Of a stretch of 60,841 bases of DNA, positions 26,652 to 34,163 are shown in pieces (within the stretch, counting starts at the first letter, position 1; the number at the start of each line of letters is the position of its first letter). The notes below the pieces were generated by a model. That model was not told where the DNA came from, made no database searches, and saw only the letters and a program-made list of their open reading frames with translations. The translations under genes and the position numbers were made by a program. This DNA comes from an uncultured Candidatus Saccharibacteria bacterium (lineage in GTDB: Bacteria; Patescibacteriota; Andersenbacteria; UBA10190): the NCBI GenBank assembly GCA_964372635.1, contig CAYJQW010000006.1:1-60841 (forward strand), given 5' to 3'.

Positions 26652-28079
26652 ATGCGTGATATTAAGCCAAATTTTAGAAATAAATCTTTTGACGGGTCAT
26701 CAGCTGGATCAAATCCGGATGAGACCAAGTCAAAATCAACTTATCGGAAGTCGATAAGCAGCCATGATCTGCGGGGATCAAGCGTTCCGGTAGCGCATAT
26801 TTCAGCGGCCGATGAGCAAAAAGATCTTGCGGCGTCTAATTTTGCCCGGAAAAGTAAGGTCATTCAGTCGGAATCCACTCGTGGCACCGGTCTCAATTCT
26901 GGTAAACGAAATGATGGATCAGTGCCAGTGTATTCACTTCGACTAGGTTCACGCGAACGACTCATTGTTGGAATATTGCTCGCCATAGCCGGTGTTACTT
27001 CAGGCTTAGCAGCTATAGTTTTTCTACCAAAAGCCGATGTTCAACTTATTTTGCGCACAGCACCACTTCTTGTTGATGAGAAGATCATAATCGCCGCAAA
27101 GGATAATACTAGTTCTGACGTGATTCCGGGTAGTTCTTTTTTCCGCGAACTTGAGGTTAGCGGCATGGCGCCAGTTGTTAGTACAGAAATAGTTGGCGAG
27201 AAAGCCCGTGGTAAGGTTGTTTTAATTAACCGAACACTCGAGGAACAAAAAATAAAATCCCAAAGTCGCCTTATCACATCTGACAATAAATTATATTATA
27301 TGCTGTCAGCTGCTAATATACCGGCGGCTCAGACAAACCAGGTGGCTGATATAACTGTCGAGGTTGAGGCAGCTGAAGCCGGCAGTTCGGGTAATGTATC
27401 GAGCGGTAAGCTAAATTTTGCCGCTTTAGACGAATCGGCCAGAAGTGTTGTCTATGCAGAAATACGCGATCCGATTACAGGTGGGAGTGGCGAGACTGTG
27501 CCGGTTGTGAAAGATACGGACATGGCGGCTGCACGGGTGATTGCCCAACAGGAGGCACGCCGACAGGTCGAGGAGGACATTCGGGCTGAGTTGCCAACAG
27601 GATGGGTTTTCTTGGAAGAAAGCTGGGAAGAAGTTCTGCAAACATTTATTTCTAAGGTGAATGAAAGTGACAGAGAGTCGCAAATACCATATCAGGCAAG
27701 AGCTACCGTTCGTGTCATCGGGTTCGAGCAAAGTGCTTTAGAAAATCATCTTCGTGGCTCTCTTGAAAAAAGACTAGATAAAAACTTCATGCTTTTTCCC
27801 GGACCTATCTCGTTTACAAAGACGGTGGATGATATTAGTTGGGATAAAGGGCAAGCGACTATTGCGGTTAGAGTAACTCATACGACAATTCCGGAGATTT
27901 CATTAGAAACGCTCCGTGAGAAATTGAACGGGCGGCCACGAAGTGAAGCCCAGGCATACCTTGAGGGTCTAGCTGGTGTTCGCAGCGCTTCTGTTAAAAC
28001 ATGGCCTTTTTGGACCCAGTCGTTTCCTAGAATAAATGGTCGTATAGTGATTGATCTTGCCCCTGAACGTCAGCCTTAA
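26652..28079 (+). CDS. hypothetical membrane-anchored protein
   Basis: ~110-aa disordered, basic/Ser-rich N-tail, one TM helix (LIVGILLAIAGVTSGLAAIVFL), then a ~350-aa extracytoplasmic domain. The segment ITVEVEAAEAGSSGNVSSGKL weakly recalls baseplate-J-like proteins (low confidence). Start taken at the ATG one codon after the TTG at 26649. Confidence 0.5.
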   Translation: MRDIKPNFRNKSFDGSSAGSNPDETKSKSTYRKSISSHDLRGSSVPVAHISAADEQKDLAASNFARKSKVIQSESTRGTGLNSGKRNDGSVPVYSLRLGSRERLIVGILLAIAGVTSGLAAIVFLPKADVQLILRTAPLLVDEKIIIAAKDNTSSDVIPGSSFFRELEVSGMAPVVSTEIVGEKARGKVVLINRTLEEQKIKSQSRLITSDNKLYYMLSAANIPAAQTNQVADITVEVEAAEAGSSGNVSSGKLNFAALDESARSVVYAEIRDPITGGSGETVPVVKDTDMAAARVIAQQEARRQVEEDIRAELPTGWVFLEESWEEVLQTFISKVNESDRESQIPYQARATVRVIGFEQSALENHLRGSLEKRLDKNFMLFPGPISFTKTVDDISWDKGQATIAVRVTHTTIPEISLETLREKLNGRPRSEAQAYLEGLAGVRSASVKTWPFWTQSFPRINGRIVIDLAPERQP

Positions 28080-28266
28080 GATTATCCTGAAAAGTTTAGT
28101 ATGAGGTTTTCCCCATAATGAAATCATTTTTGACAGCGAAGAGGGTCTATAGTAATGTATCCATACGCACAGTCACGATTTTGGGTATGCAGGTGCAAGA
28201 GTATGACTTAGCCTGTTTTTCCTCGTGGCAGTTGCGAGGTTATTTTATTTATTAGCTGTTCAAATT

Positions 28267-28488
28267 TTGTCGAAAAACGACACTGTCGAGGCGGAAGGAA
28301 CCATCACCGAAACCCTACCTAATACTCAGTTTCGTGTGAAGCTGGATGCCGGTCAAGAAATCATTGCTCATCTATCGGGAAAAATGAGAGTTCATAGGAT
28401 TCGAGTTTTGCCTGGAGACAGGGTTAGAGTAGCGATGTCCCCATATGACCTCACTAAAGGTCGCCTGACAGTTCGTCTTGAAGAATAA
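28267..28488 (+). CDS. infA: translation initiation factor IF-1
   Basis: [69 protein letters not shown] aligns end to end with 72-aa IF-1. This places the start at the in-frame TTG 28267, not the track's GTG 28225. Confidence 0.85.
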   Translation: MSKNDTVEAEGTITETLPNTQFRVKLDAGQEIIAHLSGKMRVHRIRVLPGDRVRVAMSPYDLTKGRLTVRLEE

Positions 28489-28494
28489 AACTCT

Positions 28495-28608
28495 ATGAAA
28501 GTTCGTTCATCCGCAAAAAAGATGTGTGTGAAGTGTAAGACTGTCCGTCGTCACGGACGAGTATTTGTTATATGCGAAAACCCGAAGCACAAGCAACGTC
28601 AGGGCTAG
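28495..28608 (+). CDS. rpmJ: 50S ribosomal protein L36
   Basis: Not in the ORF track (37 aa). My own translation is [37 protein letters not shown], with a TAG stop at 28606-28608. Canonical infA-rpmJ-rpsM position. Confidence 0.9.
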   Translation: MKVRSSAKKMCVKCKTVRRHGRVFVICENPKHKQRQG

Positions 28609-28640
28609 GTAGGAAGTGCCTACTATTTTAACAAAAAGAT

Positions 28641-29033
28641 ATGTCATTACGTGTTTCAGGGATTAATTTACCGGATCAAAAAAGTATTTCGGTTGCGTTA
28701 ACGGCAATTTTCGGCATTGGACGCTCGGCCAGTGGGCAAATACTAAATAAGGTAAACATAGACCCGCATACAAAAACTCGGGATCTTACCAGTACCGAGG
28801 GGCAGCGCTTAAGGGACCATATTGAATCAAACTGGTCAGTTGAAGGTGAGTTGAAACGTGAGATTTCTAGGAATATTAAACACTTGAAGGACACTAATAC
28901 GTATCGAGGAATTAGACACACAAAAAATTTACCAACGCGTGGTCAGCGCACGCGCACGAATTCTAGAACTGTGCGAGGAAATGTGCGAAGAACAGCTGGC
29001 AGTGGTCGCAAATCAACTTCTGAGAAGACATAA
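28641..29033 (+). CDS. rpsM: 30S ribosomal protein S13
   Basis: LRVSGINLPDQK..TAIFGIG..YRGIRH..LPTRGQRTRTN. Confidence 0.92.
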   Translation: MSLRVSGINLPDQKSISVALTAIFGIGRSASGQILNKVNIDPHTKTRDLTSTEGQRLRDHIESNWSVEGELKREISRNIKHLKDTNTYRGIRHTKNLPTRGQRTRTNSRTVRGNVRRTAGSGRKSTSEKT

Positions 29034-29055
29034 TCTTTTAGGCTGACTTAAAAAT

Positions 29056-29442
29056 ATGATTACCAAAAGTACAAGTAAGAAGAAAAAGATCAAGAAAGTT
29101 CGCGAGGGCAAGGTTTATATTCAATCATCATATAATAATACTATTGTGACAGTGACTGATCTACAGGGAAATGTACTAGAGTGGAGCAGTGCCGGACGAG
29201 CTGGTTTTGCGGGAGCGCGTAAATCAACGCCGTATGCCGCGCAACGAGTGATTAGTGACGTTATTGGCCGATTACAGCCATATGGTCTAGAACAGGTTAA
29301 AGTTTTTGTTAAAGGTATTGGCAGTGCACGTGAGGCAGCCGTGCGATCTTTAGGATCAGCCGGGCTTAGTATTACTGCCATTCGAGACGTGACGCCAATT
29401 CCTCACAACGGTGTACGAGCTCGTAAAAGACGCAGGGTCTAA
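29056..29442 (+). CDS. rpsK: 30S ribosomal protein S11
   Basis: GKVYIQSSYNNTIVTVTDLQGN..GFAGARKSTPYAAQ..PHNGVRARKRRRV. Confidence 0.92.
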   Translation: MITKSTSKKKKIKKVREGKVYIQSSYNNTIVTVTDLQGNVLEWSSAGRAGFAGARKSTPYAAQRVISDVIGRLQPYGLEQVKVFVKGIGSAREAAVRSLGSAGLSITAIRDVTPIPHNGVRARKRRRV

Positions 29443-29445
29443 TCT

Positions 29446-30012
29446 ATGCCAGGTCCATCAACCCAAAAAGCTGCGACGACACGACCTCAGGGCGCACCAC
29501 CAAGGCGCTCCGGTGGCGGTCGTCGTCGCCAACGTAGTCGTTATGCTGAGCAGATGCATGAAAAGCAGACCTTAAAGGGAATTTATGGTATTCGTGAGGG
29601 GCAATTAAAACATTACTACGCTAGCGCGACACGTGCTAAATCTGAAACAGGACCAACGTTAGTTGTTTTATTAGAGCTTCGCTTAGACAATGCTTTGTAC
29701 CGGGCTGGTTTTGCACCAACTCGGAAGGCGGCAAGACAAATGGCCAGTCATCATATTGTTGAGATTAACGGTCGAGCAGTAACTATCCCTTCCTTTAGAC
29801 TCAAAGTATCAGATGTTGTGCGCATTAAGGATAATAAGCGTAAGAAGCCATTATTTGAGAATTTTGAGAAGCGTTTACAGAATGTGGCACTACCATCATG
29901 GCTTGAATTACAACCGAAGGACTTTGCTTTTAATGTCACGGCCGAGCCGACCGCCGCGGAAGCGGCTATTGGCGTTGATATCAAGTCGATTGTGGAATAT
30001 TTTGCACGTTAA
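29446..30012 (+). CDS. rpsD: 30S ribosomal protein S4 (shortened, Arg/Gly-rich N-terminus)
   Basis: YAEQMHEKQTLKGIYGIREGQLKHYY and an S4 RNA-binding domain (RLDNALYRAGFAPTRKAARQMASHHIVEINGRAVTIPSF). The usual first ~25 aa are replaced by a short RG-rich stretch. Confidence 0.88.
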   Translation: MPGPSTQKAATTRPQGAPPRRSGGGRRRQRSRYAEQMHEKQTLKGIYGIREGQLKHYYASATRAKSETGPTLVVLLELRLDNALYRAGFAPTRKAARQMASHHIVEINGRAVTIPSFRLKVSDVVRIKDNKRKKPLFENFEKRLQNVALPSWLELQPKDFAFNVTAEPTAAEAAIGVDIKSIVEYFAR

Positions 30013-30042
30013 TTGAATCTCTTTTATTTTTAACTCACTTTT

Positions 30043-31020
30043 ATGAAACCAATTTATCTCCCAGAACATGTTGACATCAAGGAAGATCAGGGAAACACTG
30101 CCACCTTTTCTATATATCCATATCATCCTGGATATGGGCCTACCGTTGGTAATGCCTTGCGCCGTGTGTTACTTTCTTCTTTGCCCGGCGCTGCCATTAC
30201 GCACTTCAAGATCGAGGGGATGAATCATGAATTTTCTGCGCTGCCTGGTGTTAAAGAGGATATACTGACTGTAATTTTGAATCTAAAACAAGTGCGCCTT
30301 TCCAGTACCAATTCTGAACCATCGGAAATTACTCTGCGGGCCGAGGGAGAGAAACTTCTGACCGCTGGTGATTTTGAAGTACCACCGGAAATTAGCATTG
30401 CTAATCCGACACAGTTAATTGCCACCTTAACTGACAAAAAAGCAGCAGTGGTGATGCGTTGTACGGTTGAGCAAGGACGGGGCTACGTGCCAAGTGAAAC
30501 TCGAGATCAAGAACAACGTGACATTGGCACCATTACCTTGGATGCAATTTTCACACCTGTGCAGCGTGTAAGCTTCGAGGTTGAGAACGTACGCGTTGGC
30601 CAGGCGACCGACTATCACCGCTTAAAGATGACGATAACCACCGATGGCACGATTACTCCCATGGATGCCTTAAAACAAGCTGCCTCTATCTTAACTGATC
30701 ACTTTAAGGAATTAACTGGTGACTTTGAGAAGAAACTTACCGCTGACAGACCTGAAGATAAGCCGGAACCACTTCTTGAAACTGAACCAACTGAGCCGGA
30801 AAATACTCTGAGTTTGTTGCAATTACCATCACGAGTCCACAATGCTCTCGAACGAGTTGGCATTACGACTGTTGAGCAAGTTATTGAATTAACCACCGAG
30901 CAAATACAGGATATTCCTGGATTGGGACAAAAGGCTGTTGAGGACATCATGAAAAGTCGAGAAACATACCATGCGATACATGGTTCAGTTGAAGATAAAA
31001 ACAATGAAGCACAAGCATAA
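30043..31020 (+). CDS. rpoA: DNA-directed RNA polymerase subunit alpha
   Basis: The N-terminal domain (GYGPTVGNALRRVLLSSLPGAAI) and C-terminal domain (LLQLPSRVHNALERVGITTVEQV) are joined by an acidic linker. Confidence 0.92.
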   Translation: MKPIYLPEHVDIKEDQGNTATFSIYPYHPGYGPTVGNALRRVLLSSLPGAAITHFKIEGMNHEFSALPGVKEDILTVILNLKQVRLSSTNSEPSEITLRAEGEKLLTAGDFEVPPEISIANPTQLIATLTDKKAAVVMRCTVEQGRGYVPSETRDQEQRDIGTITLDAIFTPVQRVSFEVENVRVGQATDYHRLKMTITTDGTITPMDALKQAASILTDHFKELTGDFEKKLTADRPEDKPEPLLETEPTEPENTLSLLQLPSRVHNALERVGITTVEQVIELTTEQIQDIPGLGQKAVEDIMKSRETYHAIHGSVEDKNNEAQA

Positions 31021-31372
31021 AAATAGAATATTAGGCCGAACGCAGAACCATCGTCAAGCAATGCTCGGCTCGATGAGCCATGATTTACTCGAGCATGGTT
31101 CGATTATCACTACCGAAGCCAAAGCCAAAGAGATTCGGCGTTTCATCGAGCCACTGATATCTTACGCCAAGCAGGACATCACCTTGTCTATCCGCCGTAA
31201 TTTATTACGCAAAGGTGTTGCTAAAAACCAGATTAACAGGCTGAAACAAGTTGCTGAAATCCATGCTGATCGTCCCGGCGGTTATACCCGTTTGACACGT
31301 CTTCCCAGAATGCGTGACGATGGAGCCACTATGTCAAAAATTGACATTATCGACTTTAAGGCGGCAAAGTAA
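31004..31372 (+). CDS. rplQ: 50S ribosomal protein L17
   Basis: MKHKHKNRILGRTQNHRQAML is the canonical L17 start (Met12 of the track ORF). It overlaps the rpoA end by 17 nt. Confidence 0.88.
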   Translation: MKHKHKNRILGRTQNHRQAMLGSMSHDLLEHGSIITTEAKAKEIRRFIEPLISYAKQDITLSIRRNLLRKGVAKNQINRLKQVAEIHADRPGGYTRLTRLPRMRDDGATMSKIDIIDFKAAK

Positions 31373-31378
31373 GTGTTT

Positions 31379-31813
31379 ATGAAGATCGCAAAAAAGTCAG
31401 CCTTAGCAAAAGACATGCAAAATCCTGAGTGGCATTCATTAGATGCCGAAAATCAAGTTTTAGGTAGATTGGCGACAGAGGCAGCAAAACTTCTTTTAGG
31501 GAAACATCGTCCCGATTCTAAGCGAAACATAGTTGCACCGGTATACGTTGTGATAACTAATACCGATAAAATTGCGCTCACTGGTAGGAAAGAAACTAAA
31601 AAAATATACACTCATTATACTGGTTACCCAAGTGGTATTCGCGAGCGATCTGTCCAGGAACAAAGAAGGCGCGATTCGCGGCGGATTATTAAATCAGCCG
31701 TGAGCGGAATGTTGCCTAAAAACAGTTTGCGAGATAAGCGACTGAGTCACTTAAAATTGTATCCCTCTGCGAAGCATCCTCATGCCGGACAGTTAGCCAA
31801 GAAGATAAGCTAA
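31379..31813 (+). CDS. rplM: 50S ribosomal protein L13
   Basis: WHSLDAENQVLGRLATEAAKLLLGKHRP..YTHYTGYPSG. The start could also be the GTG at 31373. Confidence 0.9.
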   Translation: MKIAKKSALAKDMQNPEWHSLDAENQVLGRLATEAAKLLLGKHRPDSKRNIVAPVYVVITNTDKIALTGRKETKKIYTHYTGYPSGIRERSVQEQRRRDSRRIIKSAVSGMLPKNSLRDKRLSHLKLYPSAKHPHAGQLAKKIS

Positions 31814-31816
31814 GTT

Positions 31817-32218
31817 ATGATTAGTGCTGGAAATAATAAGGGATACGGTTTGGGACGACGGAAAACATCGGTGGCCCACGCCCAGCTGAATAGTGATGTC
31901 GGCAAGCGCACAGTTAACGGTATAGCCTTGGATAAATATTTCACGACGATTGGGATGCAACAAATGGCCCAGCATCCTTTAGTTGTGACATCTCAGATAG
32001 AGACATTCGGATTTTCTGTAAAAGTCTCGGGCGGAGGCAAGCAGTCGCAAGCCGGCGCTGTTAGATTGGCATTGGCCCGGGCCCTGTTAGCTTCTGACAA
32101 CGGTTTTCATAAGCAACTAAAGACGGCAGGCGTTTTAACACGAGATCCACGCGCGAAGGAGCGAAAAAAACCAGGTCTAAAACGAGCTCGACGAGCGCCC
32201 CAGTTTTCAAAGCGATAA
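31817..32218 (+). CDS. rpsI: 30S ribosomal protein S9
   Basis: GLGRRKTSVAHAQL..VSGGGKQSQAGAVRLALARAL..LTRDPRAKERKKPGLKRARRAPQFSKR. Confidence 0.92.
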   Translation: MISAGNNKGYGLGRRKTSVAHAQLNSDVGKRTVNGIALDKYFTTIGMQQMAQHPLVVTSQIETFGFSVKVSGGGKQSQAGAVRLALARALLASDNGFHKQLKTAGVLTRDPRAKERKKPGLKRARRAPQFSKR

Positions 32219-32247
32219 CAATATTCTTTTCGTCGAGAAAATGATCC

Positions 32248-32273
32248 TTGACAATTTAGGGATTTGGTACAAT
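32248..32273 (+). promoter_or_regulatory. csrA promoter (TTGACA plus extended -10 TGGTACAAT)
   Basis: TTGACA at 32248-32253 and TGGTACAAT at 32265-32273. The spacer is only 14 nt, so the extended -10 is the main support. It leaves an ~85-nt leader. Confidence 0.5.
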
Positions 32274-32361
32274 ATGTATCAGGACGTGTTCATTAATTCA
32301 ATTTTCAAACCGTTTCACGGATGACCTGAAAAAATGTCTCAATTGATTGAGGAGGTTAAAC

Positions 32362-32577
32362 ATGTTGGTTCTATCACGACATCGAGATGAAAGTATCATG
32401 ATCGGTGATGATGTGTGTATTATTATCATCGACATTCGAGGCGACAAGGTACGACTAGGCATTAAGGCTCCACTCCATATACCAGTTCATCGGCAAGAGG
32501 TCTATGAGGCTATTAAGCGTGAAGATAAGAAGCGAGCCAACCCGTCGTCGACAGATGACATTAAAAAGCCATCCTGA
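32362..32577 (+). CDS. csrA: carbon storage regulator CsrA
   Basis: MLVLSRHRDESIMIGDDVCIIIIDIRGDKVRLGIKAPLHIPVHRQEVYEAI is a near-textbook CsrA. The ATG at 32362 is preceded by GAGGAGG (32350-32356). The track's 32347 start is an upstream extension. Confidence 0.9.
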   Translation: MLVLSRHRDESIMIGDDVCIIIIDIRGDKVRLGIKAPLHIPVHRQEVYEAIKREDKKRANPSSTDDIKKPS

Positions 32578-32609
32578 TTGGCTTTTATGCCTTGCTGAGA
32601 ATACACATA

Positions 32610-32637
32610 GCCGTTGATGTTAACAACGGCTTTTTTT
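32610..32637. terminator. terminator hairpin shared by convergent csrA (+) and the PEGA gene (-)
   Basis: Stem GCCGTTG/CAACGGC (7 bp), 7-nt loop, then TTTTTTT on the + strand. It sits between the two stop codons (32577 and 32644). Confidence 0.75.
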
Positions 32638-32643
32638 AATGTG

Positions 32644-34005
32644 TTACTTTATAATGATTAAATTAGCTTGCACAAGATCACGTACAGACTCATTCTTTTT
32701 GAAATAGTAGACACTTTGTCCATCGTGGCCGACAGTAGCGTTTGCTTCACCAAGATTTGTCGTGTCCATCTGATAAGTAATAGGACGATCACGCGTGTCT
32801 ATTTCTGTGATCAATATTTCATCAGCGACTTGGTAGATGAGATGTCGTCCGCCTGAAAACCACTGCGGACTTGAGATGGGTCGTGATAGTCTTGTGATCA
32901 GATGGAGCTCCTGCAACGGTGTAATCGCGCGTTCATCGCTCACATTATATACGTATAAAGAATTTGCATCTGTCTGCACATAGATCATTTGGCCATCAGG
33001 AGACCAGCCTATACTTTGAGACGTAGCACTGACCAGTTTTGATTCTACAGGTTGCGATGTTCTTTTGTCATCACTCAAGATGTTGACCCAAATACTGTCG
33101 TCAGCCATGCGATAAGCAATAGCACCTTGGGGGGTGACAAAAAGCGCAGCAATTCTACCAGTCGGCGCGACCAGATCTGTTCGAACCGGATCTCCCTGTA
33201 ATGTATAGGCCTGGATTGAATTATCCCGGTTTAAGACGAAGATGTGACGACTACTGGTACTAAAAGAAGAGGCATCTTTTGCGATAATCAATAGACCATT
33301 ACCACGGATATTATAAGCGATGAGCTGATTTTTAGCATTGGCGAATAGAAGTCTACCTGGTATTTTTTGGTCCCAGACAATATCTCTTGCACTTTGTAAT
33401 AATGGCAGCTCCTCGATTGTATTAGAGCGACCAACACTAACCAAAAAAGTGCTCCCATCGATATTATTAATAATAATATTATCACTGCCGGGTGACCAGA
33501 GAAGAGACTTCGGGATTGATTTCAATATCAAGGAGCGTCCAATAGCCGCATTATTCTGATCTATAATGCTCAGCATATTGTTCTTAGTTACCACTGCCAA
33601 CAAAATACGGTTTGGTGCCATTGAAAACAAAGATGCTTCAGATTTGAGCGTAGTTACAGTCGGCTTCGTGGGAAAAAGACGAATATCACGCATTTCAACG
33701 GCGTGCCCAGGTTCGACTGCCACTGTCTTTTCCCAGGTGGCATAGCCTTCTTTTTTCACCGTCACCGTCACATTTCCCTTTGGTAAATTCGGTAGTGCTT
33801 CTGGCGAGCGGCCGATTAATGTGCCGTTCACCAAAACATCAGCCCCCTTTGGTTCAGTTTCGACAAGAATTACCCCGACGGGCAAGGGATCAACATTATT
33901 GAATTGCGCTCTGTAGCCTATGCCATAAAGCACAACTAATGGTGTGAGTAGCAAGAATGCCAATATTGAAATAAATAAAAGTACCCGGCGATGAACCTTT
34001 TTCAT
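32644..34005 (-). CDS. membrane-anchored PEGA-domain / beta-propeller (TolB-like repeat) protein
   Basis: N-terminal TM helix, a PEGA-type domain (VETEPKGADVLVNGTLIGRSP..GNVTVTVKKEGYATWEKTV), then ~330 aa of repeated beta-strand blades (W.P.G, D.N/S.I patterns). Confidence 0.6.
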   Translation of the reverse strand: MKKVHRRVLLFISILAFLLLTPLVVLYGIGYRAQFNNVDPLPVGVILVETEPKGADVLVNGTLIGRSPEALPNLPKGNVTVTVKKEGYATWEKTVAVEPGHAVEMRDIRLFPTKPTVTTLKSEASLFSMAPNRILLAVVTKNNMLSIIDQNNAAIGRSLILKSIPKSLLWSPGSDNIIINNIDGSTFLVSVGRSNTIEELPLLQSARDIVWDQKIPGRLLFANAKNQLIAYNIRGNGLLIIAKDASSFSTSSRHIFVLNRDNSIQAYTLQGDPVRTDLVAPTGRIAALFVTPQGAIAYRMADDSIWVNILSDDKRTSQPVESKLVSATSQSIGWSPDGQMIYVQTDANSLYVYNVSDERAITPLQELHLITRLSRPISSPQWFSGGRHLIYQVADEILITEIDTRDRPITYQMDTTNLGEANATVGHDGQSVYYFKKNESVRDLVQANLIIIK

Positions 34006-34128
34006 GTTCGCACAGTACGCAATTTATTATTACTGTGCAAGAATAAACTAAACTTTTCTATCTACACATCCAGCTTGATCCCTTGGTAAGACTTTTTAAT
34101 GCTGTCTAATCATCATAATTAGCAATTC

Positions 34129-34157
34129 TTGTCAAATAGCCACGTAATCGCTACACT
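34129..34157 (+). promoter_or_regulatory. murA promoter, leaderless geometry
   Basis: TTGTCA (34129-34134), 17 nt, TACACT (34152-34157). The -10 ends 6 nt before ATG 34164. Confidence 0.55.
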
Positions 34158-34163
34158 CCTGAC

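Noticed and set aside
28221-28239. CCTCG/CGAGG hairpin with a T-rich tail upstream of infA as an attenuator or ribosomal-protein leader
   Set aside because: The stem is only 5 bp with a 9-nt loop, and I recognise no known leader motif. It could equally be chance or a weak terminator for the upstream gene.
30699-31061. 120-aa minus-strand ORF antisense to the rpoA 3' end
   Set aside because: It is an antisense shadow of a highly conserved gene, with Ser/Cys-rich low-complexity translation.
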